Assembly (NCBI GenBank): GCA_002316835.1
Contig: DCEG01000005.1
Span: 8,884 to 72,319, forward strand
Direction of reading: 5' to 3'
Source of the DNA: Bacteroidales bacterium UBA1035
GTDB lineage: Bacteria; Bacteroidota; Bacteroidia; Bacteroidales; Dysgonomonadaceae
DNA: 63,436 bases
Below, one piece after another: positions 50,997 to 60,566 of this stretch. Position numbers and translations under genes: made by a program. The notes under the pieces are model-generated. The model did no database searches, was not told the DNA's origin, and worked only from the letters and a program-made list of their open reading frames with translations. The number at the start of each line of letters is the position of its first letter. Position 1 is the first letter of the stretch.

Positions 50997-52437
50997 CGAA
51001 ATACAGGAAAAAGGCCGGGTAGACTGGTTTACTGTATCCATGTACTTGTTGTTTATTGTATTGGGATGGTTTAACATTTACGCGGCCAGTTTCGATCTTG
51101 AAAACGCTGTAAGTATGTTCGATCTTTCAGGGCGTGCAGGCATGCAGCTTCTGTGGATGGGAACATCGTTGATGCTTGCTTTTGCCCTTATAAAAATTGA
51201 TACTTCCTTTTACGAAACATATGCCATTGTTGCTTATGTTGTTGGAATTGCACTTTTGGTTATTACCCTTATAGTTGCCCGTGAAATTAATGGTTCACGA
51301 TCCTGGTTAGTGATTGGAGAACTTCGGTTACAGCCTGCTGAGTTTATGAAATTTATCATAGCACTAATGTTGGCAAAAATCTTCAACGTTTACAATTTCC
51401 GGTTGATGGAAAGAAAGAACTTAGTGATTGTATCCGCATTAATTTTACTTCCTTTGATATTAGTAGTTCTTCAAAGCGAGACTGGGACAGCACTGGTCTA
51501 CTTAAGCCTGATTTTTGTGTTGTATCGTGAGGGTTTGCCCGGTGGGATTCTTTTTATGGGAGTTGCAGCAATATTATATTTCGTGTTAGCTATCCGATTT
51601 TCTGATGTGCAGTTGGGAATGTTGTCAGTCGGCGAATTTATTACAGTCATACTTATTATTGTTTTTGCTGCAGCTATGGTCTGGAATTATGTGAAACGAC
51701 GGGAAGTTGTCTTTATGATCATAGGACTGGCTTTGATTGTTCTTGCCGTCGGATTGGTTTTGCATTTTCTTAATATTCCGGTTAATCCCGGTTTGATGGC
51801 GCTTGTGGCGCTGGGGTTAGTCGCTATTTATCTGGGTTATCTGGCGCTTAGGTTTTGGAAAAAGATTTACTTGTATATTCTTCTGTTCGTGGCAGGTTCG
51901 TTCGCTTTTGTTGAATCAAGTGAATACGTTTTCAACGAAGTGTTGCAACCGCACCAGCAAATGCGCATAAAAGTTACCCTGGGGATGGAGCAGGATTTAC
52001 GTGGATCGGGATATCACGTTGGACAATCAAAAATAGCAATCGGATCGGGTGGAATGTTTGGAAAAGGTTTTTTGAACGGTACACAAACTAAACTGAAATA
52101 TGTTCCCGAACAGGATACCGACTTCATTTTCTGCACGATAGGTGAGGAGTGGGGATTCGTTGGCTCTACGCTGATTCTTGTGCTTTTTGCTATATTTATT
52201 CTCAGGCTCATTACTCTGGCGGAACGCCAAACCACAACATTTGGACGAGTATATGGTTATGGCGTTGTTAGCATATTTTTGTTCCATTTGCTGGTAAATA
52301 TCGGGATGGTGATCGGTATCATGCCCGTAATTGGAATTCCGTTACCGTTCTTTAGCTACGGAGGTTCATCGTTGTGGGGATTTACAATATTGCTCTTTAT
52401 TTTTCTTAGGATAGACAAAGGAAGGAAACGTGCATAA
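50980..52437 (+). CDS. rodA: Rod shape-determining protein RodA
   Basis: QPAEFMK, PEQDTDFIF, SYGGSS. Confidence 0.95.
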   Translation: MYRGINEIQEKGRVDWFTVSMYLLFIVLGWFNIYAASFDLENAVSMFDLSGRAGMQLLWMGTSLMLAFALIKIDTSFYETYAIVAYVVGIALLVITLIVAREINGSRSWLVIGELRLQPAEFMKFIIALMLAKIFNVYNFRLMERKNLVIVSALILLPLILVVLQSETGTALVYLSLIFVLYREGLPGGILFMGVAAILYFVLAIRFSDVQLGMLSVGEFITVILIIVFAAAMVWNYVKRREVVFMIIGLALIVLAVGLVLHFLNIPVNPGLMALVALGLVAIYLGYLALRFWKKIYLYILLFVAGSFAFVESSEYVFNEVLQPHQQMRIKVTLGMEQDLRGSGYHVGQSKIAIGSGGMFGKGFLNGTQTKLKYVPEQDTDFIFCTIGEEWGFVGSTLILVLFAIFILRLITLAERQTTTFGRVYGYGVVSIFLFHLLVNIGMVIGIMPVIGIPLPFFSYGGSSLWGFTILLFIFLRIDKGRKRA

Positions 52438-52444
52438 AAAGCGA

Positions 52445-52474
52445 GTGCACACTAGTTTCACAACCGGTGTGCAC
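52445..52474. terminator. Hairpin/terminator between convergent genes
   Basis: GTGCACACTAG…CCGGTGTGCAC. Confidence 0.65.
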
Positions 52475-52511
52475 CCTATCAATTAGAACCCAATTAAATT
52501 AATTCACAAAT

Positions 52512-53222
52512 TTATCTTCGTTTATCGATTCGGCCTTCTTTTCTCGAATCGATCAGTTCTTTATATTTTTCAGCGCCGAGGATTTTTTCCAGTTCAGCAG
52601 CGTGCTCTTTAGCTGTTTCTTCGGCTTCCAGCCGTCTTTCGTTTCGCGAAAGTTTCTCATCGGTAATTCGTTGTTCTCTCGCCTTAGCATTCTTTTCGAA
52701 GAAACCGATAAGTTGATTTTTCTGTGCTTCACTCAAATCTAGTCTTTTAGTCAACCTGTCGGCCTGTTCCTGTACTGTCAAAGGTTTGCGGTTTGAAGCC
52801 ATTCTATTTGAATGAAATCCACTGCGGGTATTTTGCCTGCTGTTTGCCACAACCGATGGATTTCTTCCGCTTCGTGGAGCTTTTTGCCATGCTTCGTATT
52901 TATCACCTAAGATATTTTTGAGCTTATCTTCGTTGGCTTTCTGCCTTTTTTCAGCTTCGACTCTGCGGGCAGCTCTCGATTCCTGAGCACTTTCAAGCGC
53001 TTTTGTTCTTTCCGCGTCCAATTCATTGAAATATTGTGTCAAATCAGCTTTTTGCTTATCGGTAAGGTCAAGGGTGTTGTCCATTCTCGCAACACGATCT
53101 TCCACCGATATTACGCGGCTCATTCGTCTTTCGTCTTCGATTCTCCTCTCGCGGGTATTTTCCTGAGCATTCAGGTTAATACCAAGCAACATAAGAGCGG
53201 ATAGAAATATCAATATCTTCAT
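52512..53222 (-). CDS. Periplasmic helical DUF4890/Spy-like protein (two repeats)
   Basis: Signal peptide; LDLTDKQK…LKNILG and LDLSEAQK…LEKILG repeats. Confidence 0.65.
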   Translation of the reverse strand: MKILIFLSALMLLGINLNAQENTRERRIEDERRMSRVISVEDRVARMDNTLDLTDKQKADLTQYFNELDAERTKALESAQESRAARRVEAEKRQKANEDKLKNILGDKYEAWQKAPRSGRNPSVVANSRQNTRSGFHSNRMASNRKPLTVQEQADRLTKRLDLSEAQKNQLIGFFEKNAKAREQRITDEKLSRNERRLEAEETAKEHAAELEKILGAEKYKELIDSRKEGRIDKRR

Positions 53223-53233
53223 TTTCAGTTAAT

Positions 53234-53833
53234 TTATATGTTTAATGCCGATTCCTTGTAATCGGATTTCTGATCTTTTTTATCAAAAATTTCCTCTAGT
53301 TTTTTATCATTTTCGTCCATCTTCTCCTTTATTTCATCTTGTTTACTCTCCAGTACTTTGATGATTTTTCGGAGATTCCTTTCCTGATCATCCCAGTATT
53401 CTCTCAATTTATCTTTTTGGTTTTGATCCAGTTCGATTGTATTTCCAAGAAAATCGAAAAAGTTATCTAACATTTTTTCCTTCTTCAAATCATCTACTTC
53501 TCCTTTTTCGATTTTTTTTCTCTTGTATTCTTCAAATTTTTCATCACCCAGAATGCGTTCTAGTTCCTTATTTTGTTTGTCCAATTGGTTTTCTCTTTCT
53601 TTTTGACGACTCTCCGCTTCTTTTTGTGCAGCTATTCTTTCTTTTTCGCGTTCAGCTTCCATTTTCGAATAGTATTCAAGCAATTCTTTCTTTTCCTTCT
53701 CTGAAAGCTCAACCTCTTCTGCAATTCTTTCCACACGTTCCTTGGCAATTTCCTTTACCCGGTCATTTTTTTGCGCATATGCGCTGAAAGCTACTGTAGC
53801 AAAAGCAATAAGAATAATAACCTGTCTTCTCAT
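53234..53833 (-). CDS. Periplasmic helical DUF4890/Spy-like protein
   Basis: Signal peptide AYA; VELSEKEK…LERILGDEKF. Confidence 0.6.
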   Translation of the reverse strand: MRRQVIILIAFATVAFSAYAQKNDRVKEIAKERVERIAEEVELSEKEKKELLEYYSKMEAEREKERIAAQKEAESRQKERENQLDKQNKELERILGDEKFEEYKRKKIEKGEVDDLKKEKMLDNFFDFLGNTIELDQNQKDKLREYWDDQERNLRKIIKVLESKQDEIKEKMDENDKKLEEIFDKKDQKSDYKESALNI

Positions 53834-53921
53834 TTTAAAAATTTATTCATTAGTTAATTGGTTCAGATTCTTTGACCGCTATACGGAAAAAAAGTTTAAT
53901 TTTGCTCTTAAAATCAACTTG

Positions 53922-54701
53922 ATGAAGTCAACTGCACTAATTACAGGCGCGTCGAGAGGGCTTGGAGCAGAATTTGCCCGATTATTCGCATCTAAGAATA
54001 CAAACCTTATTCTTGTTGCCCGAAGCGAAAAAGAATTAAACGTTTTAAAAAATGAGTTGGAAAGCGAATATGAAATTTCGGTATCGGCGATTGTCAAAGA
54101 TCTGACAAAACCGGAAAATGTACAGGCGGTTTACGATGAGATAAAAGCTGCCGGAATCAAAATTGATTATTTAGTGAACAATGCTGGATTTGGCGACTTC
54201 GGAGATTTTTCCAATACGGAATGGGAAAGGCATGAACAAATGATAAATTTGAATATAAGTGCTTTATCTCATTTTTGTCATCTATTTGTTCAGGATTGGA
54301 TTCCCCGAAAATCGGGAAAAATATTAAATATCGCATCCACTTCAGCATTCCAACCCGGGCCCGGAATGTCGGTTTATTTCGCGTCGAAAGCGTATGTGGT
54401 AAGTTTTTCGCAAGCCATAGATTATGAGTTTCGAAAATATGGCATTACCGTTACAGCACTCTGTCCCGGCCCTGTTAAAACCAATTTTGGAATTGCTGCC
54501 CGTATGAAGCATCCAAACGGAATATTGAAAGATATGAAAACACCTTCTCCAAAAGAAGTTGTGGAGTTTGGCTACAACGCCATGATGAAAGGGAAATCAT
54601 TGGTAATTCATGGTATGCTCAATAAACTGGTCGCAAATTCGGTCAGATTTATGCCGCGTAAATGGTTAGTAAACCTTTCTGCAAAATTGATTTCATGGTG
54701 A
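53922..54701 (+). CDS. Short-chain dehydrogenase/reductase (DltE-like)
   Basis: TGASRGLG, NNAG, YFASK (YxxxK). Confidence 0.9.
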   Translation: MKSTALITGASRGLGAEFARLFASKNTNLILVARSEKELNVLKNELESEYEISVSAIVKDLTKPENVQAVYDEIKAAGIKIDYLVNNAGFGDFGDFSNTEWERHEQMINLNISALSHFCHLFVQDWIPRKSGKILNIASTSAFQPGPGMSVYFASKAYVVSFSQAIDYEFRKYGITVTALCPGPVKTNFGIAARMKHPNGILKDMKTPSPKEVVEFGYNAMMKGKSLVIHGMLNKLVANSVRFMPRKWLVNLSAKLISW

Positions 54702-54738
54702 TTCGAGATTACCCGATTTCTAAATTTGGAATGACTCT

Positions 54739-55515
54739 ATGATTAGTGAAAAGGAAATATTTCAGCGAACAGAATTGTTGATGGGCGATGAATATCTGAA
54801 AGTTGCCGCCATGAAACGAGTGATTATCTTCGGCGTGGGCGGAGTAGGAAGCTGGTGTGCCGAAATGCTTATAAGGAGCGGGATTAAATATCTTACTCTG
54901 GTAGATTCTGATAAAGTTGCCGTAACTAACATCAACCGGCAACTAATGGCAACCGCAAAAACAATCGGACAGATAAAAGTTGAAGTGTTAAAAGAACGAC
55001 TACTCGAAATAAATCCTCACGCCGAAGTTGTTGCACTCGAAGCCGTTTACAGTCCTGACACAGCTGAATCCTTTCAACTGGAAACGTACGATTTTATCAT
55101 TGATGCTATCGACAGCCTTTCCAATAAAGTTCATCTTATACAGTTTGCTTCGCAAATGCCGGGTAAACTCTTTTCATCGATGGGAGCAGCGTTAAAAATT
55201 GATCCGTCACGAATTAAGGTAGATGAATTCTGGAAAGTGAAGGGTTGTCCGTTAGGTGCAGCTCTTCGAACAAGAATTAAAAAATTAGGCGGAGTAGAAA
55301 AGACATTTCTTTGTGTTTACAGCGATGAAGTACGTGAAAACAAAGGAGAAAAGCCTTTGTTTGATCAAAATAATCCTTCTGTCTCTCAGTGGGATACGAG
55401 GAAAGTACGAATTAACGGTACAATGTCATATTTGCCTGCCATGTTCGGGATGACACTGGCTTCACTAGTGGTGAAAGAGATTGATGCGAGAAGTCGGATG
55501 TCGGATGACCGATGA
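54739..55515 (+). CDS. tcdA: tRNA threonylcarbamoyladenosine dehydratase (ThiF/MoeB family)
   Basis: GVGGVGSW, TNINRQ, DAID, SSMGAA, CPL. Confidence 0.85.
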   Translation: MISEKEIFQRTELLMGDEYLKVAAMKRVIIFGVGGVGSWCAEMLIRSGIKYLTLVDSDKVAVTNINRQLMATAKTIGQIKVEVLKERLLEINPHAEVVALEAVYSPDTAESFQLETYDFIIDAIDSLSNKVHLIQFASQMPGKLFSSMGAALKIDPSRIKVDEFWKVKGCPLGAALRTRIKKLGGVEKTFLCVYSDEVRENKGEKPLFDQNNPSVSQWDTRKVRINGTMSYLPAMFGMTLASLVVKEIDARSRMSDDR

Positions 55516-55522
55516 CACATAT

Positions 55523-55772
55523 ATGGTGTTTAGTTACGTAAGAATAGTAATTATTGCGTAATCAAATTTTTATATATTATTTTTTATAACCCCTCCACTT
55601 TGCTCGTCCTCTTTGCAAAAGGTGACAGTTACGCAGGTGGTATACTTCATCTGCTTGTAAAAATTCTTAGCCCACGACTCTCCCATTAAGATAAGGGGAG
55701 TACCACCGGTAGGCGGGGAGGGTTATGATTGAAAAATGAGACCTTCAAATGAACTTCTCAACTAAACGACAT
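55523..55772. mobile_element. MITE-like / IS-remnant element
   Basis: Imperfect 13-bp terminal inverted repeats ATGGTGTTTAGTT / AACTAAACGACAT; internal ATAACCCCTCC…GGGGAGGGTTAT inverted pair; no ORF. Confidence 0.45.
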
Positions 55773-55801
55773 TGGATGACAAACATTAAACATTCAACGC
55801 A

Positions 55802-56479
55802 ATGAACGTCATAGCCCACATCCACACCGATTTTCCAACCAAATTTGGAATTCCCCGACAGAGCGAAATGATAGAATCGCTGAAAGGAGTTATTGTATTT
55901 GAACCGGAATATAGGGATGTGGAAGCGTTACGAGGAATAGAAGAATTTTCTCACATCTGGCTGATTTGGGAGTTTTCCGAATCAAAACGTGAAAATTGGT
56001 CGCCAACAGTCAGGCCACCACGTTTGGGTGGTAATACCCGAATGGGTGTTTTCGCTACGCGATCACCTTTTCGCCCAAATCCTATTGGTTTGTCCGTTGT
56101 AAAGTTGGAAAAGGTGGAGTTACACACAAAAGAGGGCCCTGTTCTTCACGTCTCCGGAATAGATATGATGGATGGTACTCCCGTATACGATATCAAACCT
56201 TACATTCCTTATACCGATCTGCAATCCGATGCAACCGGCGGCTTCACCGATGCCATAGACAAACAACAATTAAAAGTGGTATTTCCCGAGCAGCTTTTGT
56301 CTCTTATTACTTCGGAAAAGCGGAAAACGCTTACCGAAGTGCTGTCGCTCGACCCGCGACCGTCGTATCAGGATGATCCTGAAAGAATTTACGGATTATT
56401 GTTTGCCGGCTTTGATATTCGTTTTTCAGTGAGTGAAAATACTCTCACCGTGAAAGAAATAATTTCTCTTGAATCGTAA
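55802..56479 (+). CDS. tsaA: tRNA (N6-threonylcarbamoyladenosine37-N6)-methyltransferase TrmO
   Basis: KFGIPRQ, GVFATRSPFRPNPIG, DGTPVYDIKPY, DPRP. Confidence 0.93.
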   Translation: MNVIAHIHTDFPTKFGIPRQSEMIESLKGVIVFEPEYRDVEALRGIEEFSHIWLIWEFSESKRENWSPTVRPPRLGGNTRMGVFATRSPFRPNPIGLSVVKLEKVELHTKEGPVLHVSGIDMMDGTPVYDIKPYIPYTDLQSDATGGFTDAIDKQQLKVVFPEQLLSLITSEKRKTLTEVLSLDPRPSYQDDPERIYGLLFAGFDIRFSVSENTLTVKEIISLES

Positions 56480-56598
56480 GTAAAACTATTCTTTTCATCC
56501 TCTATATATTTTTTAACAGATTGAAAGAAAAGATTTTGAGCAATTTTCTTTCAAAAAAAATGTTTTTTGTATCTTTCGCCTCAAGATGATGGACAGAG

Positions 56599-57906
56599 AT
56601 GAGAAACGTTACGTTACTAGTGTTGATTTCTTTTTTTATCCCAGCTGTCAGTGCGCAAATATCGATAATAAAAACGGATAGTATTCCGCATTATTTCAAT
56701 CAGATAAAACAAGTAACTGCCGAAAATGTAAAAATATGGGATAAGGATATCTATGGACCTGTTTTGCTCATAGATCCGGCTACACGTGTAGTGTATGCCA
56801 ATGAGCCTGATGAAAATAACACGTTAACAGCTGAAAAAGGTTATTATACAGGAGTTTTACCGAAAGAAATCAGCTTTCAGAACACTTCTCTTGAATGGAA
56901 TGGAAAAACTTGGGCAACGGTTGTGCTACCGCTTTCATCCGACAAATATAGTCGAACCGATCTTATTACTCATGAATTGTTTCACAGTGCTCAGCCCTTA
57001 TTGGGTTTTGATATTCGGGGGTCAGATAATTATCATCTTGACGATAGAGATGGCAGAATATATTTGAGGCTTGAAATAGAAGCACTGAATACTGCTCTTA
57101 AATCCAGAAGACTTTCTCAGGCGGAAGAGCATTTGCGAAATGCATTAATTTTCAGAAAATACAGGCATTTAATTTATACAGGATCACAGATATCGGAAAA
57201 TAAGCTGGAATTGCTTGAGGGACTGGCAACTTACACAGGCCAGATGATGAGTGGACGCGACAAATGGCAATTGCGTGAGTATCTTATCGAAAGGCTGGAT
57301 GATTATCACAACACACCTACCTTTGTGCGATCTTTTGCTTACGAAACCGTGCCGGTGTATGGCTTTTTTCTTTATCAGAAAGATAATAACTGGAACAAAA
57401 GCATTACAGGTGAAACTGATCTTACAGAATTTTTTGAAGAGGCTTTCGAATTTGATATGCGAATAGTCCTGCCATCCTACGTGAGACAGGTTGCAGAGGA
57501 TTATCATGGCAGACGAATTCGTGATGAAGAAATCACCCGTAGCGAGAAAAACACATTAACTCTGGAAGAATTACGGGATAGATTCTTTGAAAAGCCACGC
57601 CTTGAGATCAAACTGGAAGATATGAACATGTCGTTTAGTACCACCAACCTGATTCCGTTAGATGTAGATGAAGGAACGGTGTATCCCACCATTCGCATCA
57701 GCGATAGTTGGGGAATTCTAACAGTTACATCCGGTGGAGCATTACTGTCGCCCGGACACGTGTGGGTTGTTGTTCCAGAACCGACGGTAATAAAGGAAGA
57801 CGAAATTATCGGCAACGGATGGCGAATAGAACTAAACAAAGATTATTACCTTGAAAAAAATAACCAGGGAAATTATTTGATGACGAAAAAAGTTATACCG
57901 AAGTAG
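56599..57906 (+). CDS. Secreted hypothetical protein with zinc-metallopeptidase motif
   Basis: Signal peptide; HELFH and downstream LEGLATY. Confidence 0.65.
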   Translation: MRNVTLLVLISFFIPAVSAQISIIKTDSIPHYFNQIKQVTAENVKIWDKDIYGPVLLIDPATRVVYANEPDENNTLTAEKGYYTGVLPKEISFQNTSLEWNGKTWATVVLPLSSDKYSRTDLITHELFHSAQPLLGFDIRGSDNYHLDDRDGRIYLRLEIEALNTALKSRRLSQAEEHLRNALIFRKYRHLIYTGSQISENKLELLEGLATYTGQMMSGRDKWQLREYLIERLDDYHNTPTFVRSFAYETVPVYGFFLYQKDNNWNKSITGETDLTEFFEEAFEFDMRIVLPSYVRQVAEDYHGRRIRDEEITRSEKNTLTLEELRDRFFEKPRLEIKLEDMNMSFSTTNLIPLDVDEGTVYPTIRISDSWGILTVTSGGALLSPGHVWVVVPEPTVIKEDEIIGNGWRIELNKDYYLEKNNQGNYLMTKKVIPK

Positions 57907-57985
57907 CTTGTAGCATTAAGTAGTTGTTACTTGGTTTTTCAAAAATCTGCCTGATTTTTGCTATCTTTGTGCTTTAAAAATGATT

Positions 57986-58444
57986 ATGGAACTCAACGAT
58001 CACAACAAACAGGAACACCCGCCAATGCACACCACGGAGCATATTCTGAATCAAACAATGGTCAGGATGTTCGGTTGTCCGCGTTCCCGGAATACCCATA
58101 TCGAGAGGAAGAAAAGCAAAGCTGATTATTTTCTTTCACAAGCACCTACGGATGTGCAAGTGAAAGAAATTGAAGATAAAGTAAACGAAATTATCGGTCG
58201 GAATTTATCCGTTACAGAAGAATTTATGCCTATTCTCGAGGCATCAAAAATTGTGGATTTGTCGAAACTTCCCGAAGATGTATCTCAAGTGCTGCGCATT
58301 GTAAGAGTAGGGGATTACGATGTTTGCGCCTGTATTGGCTCTCATGTTCAAAATACATCGGAAATAGGCCGTTTTGAGATTATCAGCCACGATTTTGCCG
58401 ATGGAAGGTGGAGAGTAAGATTCAAGTTGAGAAACGACCTCTAA
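57986..58444 (+). CDS. AlaX-like free-standing tRNA-editing domain (tRNA_SAD)
   Basis: HTTEH and CIGSH zinc motifs; [10 protein letters not shown]. Confidence 0.8.
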   Translation: MELNDHNKQEHPPMHTTEHILNQTMVRMFGCPRSRNTHIERKKSKADYFLSQAPTDVQVKEIEDKVNEIIGRNLSVTEEFMPILEASKIVDLSKLPEDVSQVLRIVRVGDYDVCACIGSHVQNTSEIGRFEIISHDFADGRWRVRFKLRNDL

Positions 58445-58469
58445 ATTCTCTAAAGGAAGCTTGATAACA

Positions 58470-59192
58470 ATGAAAAGTAATTCACAGTCTAAAAAGGTTC
58501 CTCTTCAAAGGAAAACTAAAAGGGTAATTGGCCGCTTAATTTTTAAATTAACCCTGTTCTTTTTTATCTGGAGTATAGGATCGGTGATTTTATACCGGTT
58601 TGTTCCGGTGTACTTTACGCCATTGATGGGAATCAGGTCTGTACAGCAGGTTAGCAAAGGTGAAAAGCCGAAAATCAAACACAAATGGGTATCGAGCAAG
58701 AAAATATCCGACAATATGAGACGTGCTGTTCTGGCTTCGGAAGACCAGCGTTTTTTTGATCACGATGGTTTTGATCGGGTGGAAATAAAAAAAGCCCTGA
58801 AAGAAAATAAAACCCGGAAACGTCCTCGTGGAGCAAGCACCATCAGTCAGCAGACGGCAAAAAATGTGTTCCTTTGGCCCCGATCATCTTGGTTGAGAAA
58901 AGGGATGGAAGTATATTTTACAGTTTTAATCGAATTTTTCTGGCCAAAAGAGCGCATTTTGACGGTCTACCTGAACAGTATGGAAGCAGGTGATGGAATT
59001 TACGGCGCTGAAGCGGTTGCAAGGGAACATTTTGATACCACAGCAGCAAAACTTACTGCTTCGCAGTCTGCATTAATAGCTGCTACATTACCTAATCCAT
59101 TGAGGTTCAGTTCGGAAAAACCGTCATCCTACATCAAACAAAGACAATCGCGTATCCTGAGGCAAATGAGGACGGTTAAATTGCCTGCATAG
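58470..59192 (+). CDS. mtgA: Monofunctional peptidoglycan transglycosylase
   Basis: [28 protein letters not shown]. Confidence 0.95.
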   Translation: MKSNSQSKKVPLQRKTKRVIGRLIFKLTLFFFIWSIGSVILYRFVPVYFTPLMGIRSVQQVSKGEKPKIKHKWVSSKKISDNMRRAVLASEDQRFFDHDGFDRVEIKKALKENKTRKRPRGASTISQQTAKNVFLWPRSSWLRKGMEVYFTVLIEFFWPKERILTVYLNSMEAGDGIYGAEAVAREHFDTTAAKLTASQSALIAATLPNPLRFSSEKPSSYIKQRQSRILRQMRTVKLPA

Positions 59193-59219
59193 TAAAGACG
59201 TGATTAATCACGTCTTTAC
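59192..59219. repeat. GTAG-type REP-like palindrome, copy 3
   Basis: GTAAAGACGTGATT|AATCACGTCTTTAC, perfect palindrome. Confidence 0.75.
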
Positions 59220-59282
59220 CCGAAACATTTTGCTAAAAAAAATAAAAACGTTACTTTTACAATTCTTTTTTAATAAGTAGAG

Positions 59283-59621
59283 ATGAACGAAGGCGAAAAG
59301 AAAGTCGTAAATAAAATGATCACCATTTATTGTCTGACAAATCACAGACCTGCTTTGGGGCTGTGTGATGAATGTTCGACGCTAAATAGCTATGCAATGA
59401 AGCGACTTGAAAATTGCCCGTTTGGAGAAAATAAACCTACTTGTGGATCGTGTACCATTCATTGTTACAAAAGTGATATGCGACAGAAAATTAAAGAAGT
59501 GATGCGATTTGCCGGCCCAAGAATGCTGTTTCGTCATCCCATAGATACAATCCGGCACTTTTACAAAGAGTACAAGCGGGACCGTCTGTATGCTGTTACT
59601 GAAAAATCCTCCCGAAAATAG
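59283..59621 (+). CDS. YgbA / nitrous-oxide-stimulated promoter family protein
   Basis: MITIYC…CDEC…CPF…KPTCGSCTIHCY…MRFAGPRM. Confidence 0.88.
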   Translation: MNEGEKKVVNKMITIYCLTNHRPALGLCDECSTLNSYAMKRLENCPFGENKPTCGSCTIHCYKSDMRQKIKEVMRFAGPRMLFRHPIDTIRHFYKEYKRDRLYAVTEKSSRK

Positions 59622-60500
59622 ATGGCTGACATTAGAAAAAATGTAGTTTTGTCGGATTTGCTTACTGAGCACAGTGAACTTATTCCCGTTGTGAACCGAT
59701 TTGGCATTCAGCTTGGTGTGGGAGCGAAGACTATTGAAAAAATATGTTACGAGAACGACCTTAATACTGATTTCATTCTGACAATCCTGAATGTTTACTT
59801 AGATAAAGAATATGATCCGGGTAAAGAGCTGGATATATTTGATGTTTCACTTATTGTAGATTACCTCAAACGAACAGTCGAAGATTACCTGCAGGCATCA
59901 ATTCCTAATCTGGAAAAACACTTTACGCCGTTTATCGCTATGAGCGGAGGTGAAAATGAAGAATTAAAACTGCTTCATAAAATATTTTATCAGTTCAAAT
60001 CGGAGTTGTCCGAGCATTTGCATCAGGGAGTGGAACGTTTAAACGATTATCCGAATGAATTATTACACGATTTAAAAAATATCATAATTAAACATATTTC
60101 AGGAAATTACAATCAAAATCTGGCATATGCTGTTATTTTTTCCATTACTGCTCTTGAAAAAGAATTAGATATTCATAATCGACTATTGGATAAAGTATTA
60201 CGGCCAAAGCTTAAAGAACTCGACTCTGGGCATATCGAGCACCTGAACCACACGTTTTCCGATGAACATAAATCTCGGGATTTGCATAACCAGTTGACAA
60301 ATAGAGAGGTGGAGGTTTTGAAACTTATCGTTCAAGGACGCTTGAACAAAGAAATTGCCGACAAACTGAATATAAGCCTCAACACAGTACTCTCTCATCG
60401 AAAAAACATCATATCGAAAACGGGTATCAAAACCGTATCCGGGCTGACGTTTTATTGCATCTCCAACGGATATGTTTCGCCGGGGGATAATGTCATTTAA
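59622..60500 (+). CDS. LuxR-type HTH regulator with ScdA/hemerythrin-like N-terminal region
   Basis: RFGIQLGVGAKTIEKIC N-terminus; LTNREVEVL…NKEIADKLNISLNTVLSHRKNI. Confidence 0.8.
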   Translation: MADIRKNVVLSDLLTEHSELIPVVNRFGIQLGVGAKTIEKICYENDLNTDFILTILNVYLDKEYDPGKELDIFDVSLIVDYLKRTVEDYLQASIPNLEKHFTPFIAMSGGENEELKLLHKIFYQFKSELSEHLHQGVERLNDYPNELLHDLKNIIIKHISGNYNQNLAYAVIFSITALEKELDIHNRLLDKVLRPKLKELDSGHIEHLNHTFSDEHKSRDLHNQLTNREVEVLKLIVQGRLNKEIADKLNISLNTVLSHRKNIISKTGIKTVSGLTFYCISNGYVSPGDNVI

Positions 60501-60566
60501 CGATTGGGCGACTGGATGAAAGGTCGAGCCTGTGTCTTTGTTCCTGACTCTTTGTTCTAAAATAAT

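Noticed and set aside
53742-53921. N-terminal extension of the SDR ORF
   Set aside because: Overlaps the opposite-strand gene; the Rossmann motif begins right after ATG 53922
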